Shown here: positions 9,366 to 16,555 of the stretch, in pieces
Layout: each line of letters begins with the position of its first letter
How positions within the stretch are numbered: position 1 is the first letter of the stretch
IMG/VR virus record: IMGVR_UViG_3300011934_000017
Location: 62,001-126,000 of that record
Direction: 5' to 3' (one strand)
DNA length: 64,000 bases
Translations under genes and position numbers: made by a program
Notes under the pieces: generated by a model
Databases searched by the model: none
The model's input: only the letters and a program-made list of their open reading frames with translations
Told to the model about the DNA's origin: nothing

Positions 9366-10238
9366 TTATGATATAGGTAGCACTTTTGCACCTCCTGCAA
9401 CATCGATAGCAAATGTGACCTTAACGTTGTTTTCATCTTGAACGATAATGTCGGCAGGCCATACAATAGTGTTGCCTTCAAATACTTGCACAATAATATT
9501 GTAAGTATTCAAATTATGAGCAATGTTCCATTCAGAAGTCGGAGTCTCCTGAACGTATGCAAATCCCTTTGCAGCAGAATTGAGCAACGTTTCTTCCAAT
9601 GTTGTCATACCCGTCTGCACTGTATCTAGTCGTCCTTCAACAACCGTCGTTCTGTTTCGAACGCTCCGAATCTGGTTGTTTAGATTGCCAAAGAACATCT
9701 GAAGGGAGCTGGTAAGATAACGTAGAGGTCCGAGACTAAATTCGAGAAAAGAGCGAGGAAACGCCTCATCATCTGCATACTCTTCACCTGCTTCCAATGT
9801 GCGTGTCTTCAATGCCCCTGTTAGCTGACCGCCCGATAGAGGTAGGACTTCCATGTCTTCCGCTGTAGTAGAGTGTGGATTACCTATCAACGCGATATGA
9901 TCGTATAGTTCTTGATGTTCTGGCTCGGGCAAGTCCCAAACCTGATTAACATAGAAGTTGCTTTCCTCTAACACTTCTGACCAAGCGTGAAGATACGTAC
10001 CGGAATTGCTGCGGGAAGACCGACGAAGCACCTTTCCAAAATCCGCGCTATTAGGATCAGTCACTATCCACATAACGTTTAGCGGTGAGGTAACATCATG
10101 TGGTTCATTTTGTGATACAACGAAACGAACATTATTATAATTGGTATTCTGATTACTTAAAGCCACAATAACAGGTAACGAGGCAGAATGCCCGCGCGCT
10201 TCTGCCGCTGACAGAACACGTTCTTTGACATTAATCAT
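9366..10238 (-). CDS. Fibre-associated protein with coiled coil and C-terminal EWNIAHNL domain
   Basis: GNPHSTTA..LPLSGGQLTG fibre motif; SEWNIAHNLN domain. Confidence 0.65.
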   Translation of the reverse strand: MINVKERVLSAAEARGHSASLPVIVALSNQNTNYNNVRFVVSQNEPHDVTSPLNVMWIVTDPNSADFGKVLRRSSRSNSGTYLHAWSEVLEESNFYVNQVWDLPEPEHQELYDHIALIGNPHSTTAEDMEVLPLSGGQLTGALKTRTLEAGEEYADDEAFPRSFLEFSLGPLRYLTSSLQMFFGNLNNQIRSVRNRTTVVEGRLDTVQTGMTTLEETLLNSAAKGFAYVQETPTSEWNIAHNLNTYNIIVQVFEGNTIVWPADIIVQDENNVKVTFAIDVAGGAKVLPIS

Positions 10239-10719
10239 TTTTCTCTCCTGTTACTTTGAATTGGCTAGCTTTGTTGTCTATAATCTTTTTCATTACAGTG
10301 AGAAGATCGTCTTTTTTAACATCAACAGACAAAGGTTTGCCGTCTTTATAGGCAAGCGCTTTAAAAACTGTCTTAGGTTCAAAAGAAGCTACAGACAAGC
10401 ACTCCATTAGATAGAGTTGAGCCTCTTTGTCTGCAACAAAGTACACATCATTATGAAAAACACCAGCATCCAGTGGATTGACTGGAGTAGGACGTTCTTC
10501 ACTTACCTCTACAGGAACGCGAGTAAGTTGCTTATGTTCGAGGTCTACCTGAAAAGCAAAAGGTGTTCGAACAACAGCATTTCTCAAATCTTCAGTAATC
10601 TCAATGACAGGTTCGGGAATTTCAGAATGTCGCAAGCTGTTATAAAGTCCTTCTACTTTTCCTGTTGAAGGTTCGTAATGCGCATAGTGAACTGGTTTGT
10701 CTGTGCGTCTACGCTTCAT
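10231..10719 (-). CDS. Probable tail-fibre assembly chaperone
   Basis: YAHYEPSTGKVEGLY..H.EIP...IEIT pattern as in Tfa-like chaperones; lies downstream of a fibre gene. Confidence 0.45.
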   Translation of the reverse strand: MKRRRTDKPVHYAHYEPSTGKVEGLYNSLRHSEIPEPVIEITEDLRNAVVRTPFAFQVDLEHKQLTRVPVEVSEERPTPVNPLDAGVFHNDVYFVADKEAQLYLMECLSVASFEPKTVFKALAYKDGKPLSVDVKKDDLLTVMKKIIDNKASQFKVTGEKND

Positions 10720-10720
10720 A

Positions 10721-11527
10721 TTAATCTCCCAAAAGAATCCAATAAAAGTCCCAGCCCGAAGCCGTTACGTTTTGAGTACCGCCAGAACCGTCCGGCTCAA
10801 CATCAAGAAGATTGGTAACGACAGAAAGATTGGCTTTGCCTGTCTCTATAGACGTAACGCGCACTTTGTTCGCTACGTTGGAAGCAGGATTCACCCAAAA
10901 CAGAACTATAGAATGAGGATTAGACACGTCATTCAGCGCTTCAGGAAAAATAATCTCTTTAGTAAGTCCCGGAGTAGGATCAGTAAAACGTCCCCACTGT
11001 AATGAACGTCCAGAAGACACACTTTCCGAAGAAGCTGCATCAGTAGACACAAGAACAGGTGACTCACCATCATAACCTGAGGCACCTTCACCCCCAGCAG
11101 GCCCTTGCGGACCTGTTGCGCCTCTTTCACCTCTTTGCCCAGCGGGACCACGCGGGCCTGCGGGTCCCTGAGGACCCACATCACCTTTCGGACCAGCACA
11201 CCCTGGTACACCAGAACGACCATCGCGACCATTACGCCCACTGTTACCTGGAGCACCTCTAGGTCCTGTAGCGCCACGAGGACCCACACCAATATTGTGT
11301 ACTGTCATGAAGCCTGGGACTTGAACAATCGTTGAGTCGGCGCGATACAGATTTAGAACACCGATTTCCGGATCAAAATCGCCGCGCGTAACATAATTGT
11401 CCTCATCGCTACTATCTCCAGGTGTCTGTACTTCAATTTCACTTCCGTTGTAAACAACATCATCGTTTGGAGACGCATTGTTTCCAGGATCCAGCATGCC
11501 TAGCGGCACTCGTGTTAACTTACCCAT
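10721..11527 (-). CDS. Collagen-like fibre protein (paralog 6) with C-terminal QWG domain
   Basis: 25 contiguous Gly-X-Y triplets; shared N-domain GDFDPEIGVLNL...GF. Confidence 0.8.
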   Translation of the reverse strand: MGKLTRVPLGMLDPGNNASPNDDVVYNGSEIEVQTPGDSSDEDNYVTRGDFDPEIGVLNLYRADSTIVQVPGFMTVHNIGVGPRGATGPRGAPGNSGRNGRDGRSGVPGCAGPKGDVGPQGPAGPRGPAGQRGERGATGPQGPAGGEGASGYDGESPVLVSTDAASSESVSSGRSLQWGRFTDPTPGLTKEIIFPEALNDVSNPHSIVLFWVNPASNVANKVRVTSIETGKANLSVVTNLLDVEPDGSGGTQNVTASGWDFYWILLGD

Positions 11528-11537
11528 AATCTATCCT

Positions 11538-11714
11538 CTAGCGTACTGGAAGCCAAGATGTATTATCAGCGCTTCGTACTTTTGTATTTTCTGGAAACAT
11601 TTGAACCCACGAGCTATTGCCGTTTGTTCTTACTTTCCATCCCCAGTTAGAGAAATTTTGTACCCAGTTCGCGTCAGGATTTTCTCTAACACGTAATGTA
11701 ACAACAGTAGCCAT
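11538..11714 (-). CDS. 58-aa Trp-repeat protein missed by the ORF track
   Basis: Manual translation MATVVTLRVRENPDANWVQNFSNWGWKVRTNGNSSWVQMFPENTKVRSADNTSWLPVR*; AAGGAG RBS; fills the gap; resembles the N-terminus of 11726..15148. Confidence 0.75.
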   Translation of the reverse strand: MATVVTLRVRENPDANWVQNFSNWGWKVRTNGNSSWVQMFPENTKVRSADNTSWLPVR

Positions 11715-11725
11715 CTGTATACTCC

Positions 11726-14700
11726 TTAAGCAGGTCGAGTGACTTTTCTGTAGACGTAGAATCTATCATTTGTATTCGGATTTACGGCAACTCTCGGCCA
11801 GTTAAGCCAGTCGCTGAATGGACGTGTTGTTCCTTGATTTACCCAGCTTCCACTTTCTGCTATCCATGCTCTACCGCTGGATGCACTAAACACCCGCCCT
11901 GCTGTAAACGGCCAAACGACATTTTCGTAGGTAGATTCAGATTGACTGCGAGTGTAGAAACCAAAACGTTGGTCGCCTGAGAATCGAGTCGTTTCTGAAT
12001 AGTCATTTATATTGAAATTACGTGCAGTGAACGAACCTCCGTTAAACTTCTCAGTATCAACTGTAAACGCATCACCGTTTTTACGTACTCTTACTTTGGT
12101 TCTAGCGCCAGACCAACCGCCGGATACATCATCGCCTTCGCCACCCCAGCTCTCTAGCACAGTCACAGAGCTTCCTTCGAGATACAGAAGACCATAACCA
12201 GAAGAAGGTGCATTTCCTCCTTTGTTTCGTACAACAACAAGCTGATAAGGAACACCTCCTTGTACTTGAGCAGCTACCACCAAACCTATACTATCGTCAT
12301 CATTATTGCTAGAGGTTAAAACGGCCTCTAACTCATAATCAGCTACAGCATCAGGACTGATAATGCTGTTGGAGCTACCTGTATTTGTAGGCATTACAAA
12401 GCGATTGTTCGAAGTGTCGTAATACCAATCAGCAGCTTCACCTCCAGCAGAACTTGCCGAAGCATAGTAGTTATCACCATCTACACGCGGCCAAGTGTTA
12501 AACACGTCTTGTAGTGTAGGTGCAGGATTCGCAGCAATAAAGCTTTGGGCTTCTGTATCGGAGTTGAACATGTAAGCTTCAACTTCGGGCATAAAGACAG
12601 AATTTCCAGAACCCAGTGAAACAGTAGGTTCGAAATAAGCACCGCGCCAATCAGATGATGTGATACTGATAACTTCACCTGTATCAATATCGGTGATTTT
12701 CATAATCAGCCAGCTTGGAGTGTTGTGAGGAATGTTCTCACAAAGAACGTATAAGAAATGAACTCCTGGACTGATTGTTACATCTGTCGGCGTAAAATCA
12801 AGCATATCAAGGTCAGCGACGTGCAACCAAGGGCCACCATCTGGCATTACCATAACAGAAGCAAAATCGTCACACTCACCTTGTATACGAATATTACCGG
12901 ATTCTGTGTTGAACATACTTACAGCCATAAATGCTCTGTTACCTTGTACAATCGTATCGCTGGTCAAAGCTATTTGGTAACCATTAAAGCCGTTTGCGTC
13001 GGGTCCTGAAGTCTCTACCATTTTAGGCAGACCTTTAGAGAAGTTGGTAAAGCGTGTTCCTGAATTAGGATGTACAGTAGGACAGTGCGTTCTAAACTGC
13101 CACCAGCTTGCAGAATCATTTATGACTCTTACGTTTTGCAGCCCTGTAGTGGGAGTTATTAAAGCACCAGCACCAACAGCAGGCCAGCGATATACTTCAG
13201 CAACGGTGTCTTCTAAAACAGTACCATCACTTTCAATGCTGATTCTATTAGGTGCACCAGCCGGATACGCAACACTTGGAGCTATTGTGTAGTATTCTGT
13301 TAGAGAGAAGCTATCGTCAGGAGCTATTCCGTCAAATTCAATACGTGTAGCTGCCGCCGAAGTACCTTGATGCTCTTCACTGCAATCCCTTACGCCTTCT
13401 ACACAGTCCATTATATACGACCAATCTGAAACTTCACCTTCTGCTCCATCTACGCGCACTTCGATAAGATCACCAGAAGAAGGATCGTATTCGAACGTGA
13501 GAGAGCCGTTGCCTGACACAGAACCCGATGCTTGAAGTAAATCACCACCTTGAAATACTTGAACATTATCAGGAGAACTGAATGTGTTGAAGCGTATTTT
13601 ACCTTCACCTCCATCAGAACCAAGATCGTGATACATGATAGTAGAAGGTGCACCAACAGAATCTACGCGGCCAGCTTCATCCCCGCAAGTTTTAGGATCG
13701 CTTTCGCTACCACTGCCTATATACGGATCAGAACCACTACCGGATCCACCTCCGCTACTTCCGCCACTTCCACTTCCTCCATGCGGACACCACAAATGAT
13801 ATGTCCATGACTGCATGACTTCTGTAGAGGTGATACGTACAACGACGATAGTATCACCGTCAGCATTCGCAGGATCGTATGGAATTTCTAATAGCCCGTG
13901 ATGATAGCCGGATGCTGCGGTACCTGTTTCAGTAAATCCAGGAGAGGATGCAATTAAGCTGCCTCCATGAAACACTTCACACTTAGCAGCGACCCAAGGA
14001 AACAAATACAGAAGCTCAATCGTTCCAGGTGTAGGTCCCATATCGTGGAACATATCTTGAACCATCGTAGAGGTCGTAGTGACATACGGACCACCACTAT
14101 AAACGCCGCCACATGGATGTATTCTATCCCAAAAGTAGTCACCAGGACAGTAAAGCTTGTAGAGCCAAATAGAGTTCATTGAACCTTCTACTTCTACTCG
14201 AACTTTGCCGTCGCCTCCGTTTCTTCCAGGCCAGAAAAAGTATTCAACTTCACGAGGTGCGATTTCACCCGAGTCTCGTGCAGGAAGCTGAGTCGTAGTG
14301 TGTAACAGTTCGTCACCGTAATAGATTCTATAGCGTTGTGTACCTTCGGTAGACACCCAACGAATATGAACGTTACCTTCAACATCAGGCAAAGTATGAT
14401 AATAACTGCGTCTTTCGGTGTAAGTAGGGTCTTCCTCTAAATGCAAATGTTGATCTACTACAAGCTCGCTACAACCATAAGAATCAGAGTAGTTACCGGA
14501 GCCTGTGGGACTTGTAGAGCTTCCCCCGCCTGTAGTGCCCGGTGGATTTCCGGGACCACCCGATCCTACACTTCCTCCTGTACCGCCACTTCCCGATCCT
14601 CCTGTACCGCCACTTCCCGATCCTCCTGTACCGCCAGAACCTGATCCACCGCTGCCGCCTGTACCTGCACTGCCTCCGCTACCACTTCCACCACTTCCGC

Positions 14701-15148
14701 TTCCTGTGCCTCCATTGTAGTAGCCGTCGTTGTATCCAGAATTTCCAGGACCCCAAGGATATCCTCCAGATGCTCCGTTTCCTGGCCAAGGTGAGCCACC
14801 TCCAGCAGGGCCACCTGTTCCCCAATAACCAGAGTCCCCATCTTCTTCTGCCCAACCCGGCCACGGATCAGTCTCTCCTGGAATTGAGTCAGGTCCACCA
14901 AGATCAGGACCTGAGCCGTTTTCGCCTGTGCCGTCAGGTGTACCACCCATAGCGTCAGACCCACAAAGATCATCAGTAAGACAGTCAATGTTAATCCAAT
15001 AATTATTCGTACCGTGACGCGCTTTCATTCCATTGGAAGGTAACATGCGTCGCCATCCAGAATTTGCTGCATTCCTTACGTACCATTCTGACTGACAGAT
15101 ATCTAGCCAAAGTGAGTTTTCAGGATTTCTTATACGTAAACGACCCAT
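11726..15148 (-). CDS. Large adhesin-like fibre protein: Trp-repeat N-terminus, Gly/Ser linker, ~4 Cys-bounded beta repeats, lectin-like C-terminus
   Basis: 1140 aa; repeats of [YF]H.[LM]...G...VR[VI]...W.Y.[LM].C; C-terminal DDDSIG domain paralogous to 2739..3713. Confidence 0.7.
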   Translation of the reverse strand: MGRLRIRNPENSLWLDICQSEWYVRNAANSGWRRMLPSNGMKARHGTNNYWINIDCLTDDLCGSDAMGGTPDGTGENGSGPDLGGPDSIPGETDPWPGWAEEDGDSGYWGTGGPAGGGSPWPGNGASGGYPWGPGNSGYNDGYYNGGTGSGSGGSGSGGSAGTGGSGGSGSGGTGGSGSGGTGGSGSGGTGGSVGSGGPGNPPGTTGGGSSTSPTGSGNYSDSYGCSELVVDQHLHLEEDPTYTERRSYYHTLPDVEGNVHIRWVSTEGTQRYRIYYGDELLHTTTQLPARDSGEIAPREVEYFFWPGRNGGDGKVRVEVEGSMNSIWLYKLYCPGDYFWDRIHPCGGVYSGGPYVTTTSTMVQDMFHDMGPTPGTIELLYLFPWVAAKCEVFHGGSLIASSPGFTETGTAASGYHHGLLEIPYDPANADGDTIVVVRITSTEVMQSWTYHLWCPHGGSGSGGSSGGGSGSGSDPYIGSGSESDPKTCGDEAGRVDSVGAPSTIMYHDLGSDGGEGKIRFNTFSSPDNVQVFQGGDLLQASGSVSGNGSLTFEYDPSSGDLIEVRVDGAEGEVSDWSYIMDCVEGVRDCSEEHQGTSAAATRIEFDGIAPDDSFSLTEYYTIAPSVAYPAGAPNRISIESDGTVLEDTVAEVYRWPAVGAGALITPTTGLQNVRVINDSASWWQFRTHCPTVHPNSGTRFTNFSKGLPKMVETSGPDANGFNGYQIALTSDTIVQGNRAFMAVSMFNTESGNIRIQGECDDFASVMVMPDGGPWLHVADLDMLDFTPTDVTISPGVHFLYVLCENIPHNTPSWLIMKITDIDTGEVISITSSDWRGAYFEPTVSLGSGNSVFMPEVEAYMFNSDTEAQSFIAANPAPTLQDVFNTWPRVDGDNYYASASSAGGEAADWYYDTSNNRFVMPTNTGSSNSIISPDAVADYELEAVLTSSNNDDDSIGLVVAAQVQGGVPYQLVVVRNKGGNAPSSGYGLLYLEGSSVTVLESWGGEGDDVSGGWSGARTKVRVRKNGDAFTVDTEKFNGGSFTARNFNINDYSETTRFSGDQRFGFYTRSQSESTYENVVWPFTAGRVFSASSGRAWIAESGSWVNQGTTRPFSDWLNWPRVAVNPNTNDRFYVYRKVTRPA
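14573..14636. repeat. 24-bp tandem repeat (~2.7 copies) encoding a GSGSGGTG linker
   Basis: Unit TCCTCCTGTACCGCCACTTCCCGA read directly from the sequence. Confidence 0.85.
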
Positions 15149-15174
15149 GACACCTCCTAATAGGCATTAATAAA

Positions 15175-15678
15175 TCAAGGACGAATCCAAAGAGCGCCCG
15201 CACCTACAGCACCGGGATCAGCAGACTGAATGTAGATATCTACTTTACCGTCTTCACCTTTAGGGCCTGTAGCACCGGTCGCACCCATAGGCCCCATCTC
15301 GCCTTGAGCACCCATCTCACCTTGCGGACCAGTAGCACCCGGAGTTCCAGGAGGTCCTTCACAGCCCGGAGGCCCTTGTAAGCCGTCTTCACCTAGCAGT
15401 CCGTCAGTCCCGTCAACGCCACCTATACCTTGAGCGCCTGCAGGGCCGACACCTATATCACCCTGAGTCATGAAGCCGCGAATCTCTATACTCTGACCAT
15501 TCACTAACGTCAGCTTTAGAGTGCCTGTAACGTCGTTAAAGCTGCCACCAATAACGCCTGTGTTATTGATATCTTCATCTTCTTGGGTGCCGACTTCTTT
15601 ACCGTCGTATCGAACGTCAGAATTAGGACGACCACGAGCTTCAAGCATCGAAAGCGGTGTTCTAGTTAAGCCTCCCAT
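15175..15678 (-). CDS. Short collagen-like fibre protein (paralog 5)
   Basis: 23 Gly-X-Y triplets; ends QSADPGAVGAGALWIRP. Confidence 0.8.
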   Translation of the reverse strand: MGGLTRTPLSMLEARGRPNSDVRYDGKEVGTQEDEDINNTGVIGGSFNDVTGTLKLTLVNGQSIEIRGFMTQGDIGVGPAGAQGIGGVDGTDGLLGEDGLQGPPGCEGPPGTPGATGPQGEMGAQGEMGPMGATGATGPKGEDGKVDIYIQSADPGAVGAGALWIRP

Positions 15679-15851
15679 TACACATCCTCCAGTTTTCTTC
15701 GCATACGCTGTTGCTGTTCTTTTAAAACCTTTTCAATATCGGAAGAGGTCAACTTTGATTTTTTACACGACAAACAAGCACCAAACAATTCAACGCTTAT
15801 TGCTTGAGAAGAGTCGTAAGGCCATATTGCTTTGCATTTTGGACATTTCAT
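15678..15851 (-). CDS. 57-aa CxxC...CxxC zinc-finger protein missed by the ORF track
   Basis: Manual translation MKCPKCKAIWPYDSSQAISVELFGACLSCKKSKLTSSDIEKVLKEQQQRMRRKLEDV*; TAATG stop/start overlap with the next gene. Confidence 0.7.
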   Translation of the reverse strand: MKCPKCKAIWPYDSSQAISVELFGACLSCKKSKLTSSDIEKVLKEQQQRMRRKLEDV

Positions 15852-15863
15852 GTTTTGTTCTCT

Positions 15864-16526
15864 CTAAGGCCAAGGTGTTCCACCGCTTGAGCTGGAAGAA
15901 TACATAGAAGGAGGATTAGCATTGGGATTTATCCATAAGCCACCTCCGCCGATAGAGCCGGGGTCTGAAGTAGATACGACAATGTTTATTGTACCGTCTT
16001 CACCTGGCGGTCCTGGTGGCCCCATATTTCCAGGTTCACCTTGAGGACCAGTAGGGCCAATAGGTCCAATCTCACCAGTAGGACCCATTCTTCCTACAGG
16101 GCCTTTAGCGCCTTTTGTGCCTCGAACTCCGGGAGGGCCTTGCATACCTCTACGTCCTGATCTTCCCTTAGGTCCTTGAGGTCCACGCTCACCTTGAGGT
16201 CCTGCACATCCTTGTTCTCCGGGCAGACCATTTTTTCCGGGTTTACCCGGCTTACCATCTTTTCCTCGCGGTCCTTCGGGGCCAGTAGGTCCTTTTGGGA
16301 TAGTGTCTGCTCTGTGAAAGCCAGAAATGCGAATCCTTTCGCCGTTCTTCATGTGTAAAATTAGACTACCTGTAACAGCATCTAGGTGCCCGTAATCAAT
16401 CTCTGAAATAAGCGCTTCTTTAGGTTGATCAAAATTCAATCTTTCTTGCTGCGCCACTATATCTGTATCAGGTTCTTGTTTTCGAGCACTGATCTGATTT
16501 AATATTGGCTTTGTTAGTCCTGCCAT
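15864..16526 (-). CDS. Collagen-like fibre protein (paralog 4), strongly basic helix
   Basis: ~34 Gly-X-Y triplets; STSDPGSIGGGGLWI motif. Confidence 0.8.
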   Translation of the reverse strand: MAGLTKPILNQISARKQEPDTDIVAQQERLNFDQPKEALISEIDYGHLDAVTGSLILHMKNGERIRISGFHRADTIPKGPTGPEGPRGKDGKPGKPGKNGLPGEQGCAGPQGERGPQGPKGRSGRRGMQGPPGVRGTKGAKGPVGRMGPTGEIGPIGPTGPQGEPGNMGPPGPPGEDGTINIVVSTSDPGSIGGGGLWINPNANPPSMYSSSSSGGTPWP

Positions 16527-16555
16527 ATCAAGTCTCCTTGTTTAAACATACGTAT

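Noticed and set aside
15149-15174. Stop read-through or frameshift fusing the short collagen to the 1140-aa adhesin
   Set aside because: The 26-nt gap is out of frame, no slippery site is evident, and the downstream gene has its own AGGAGG RBS
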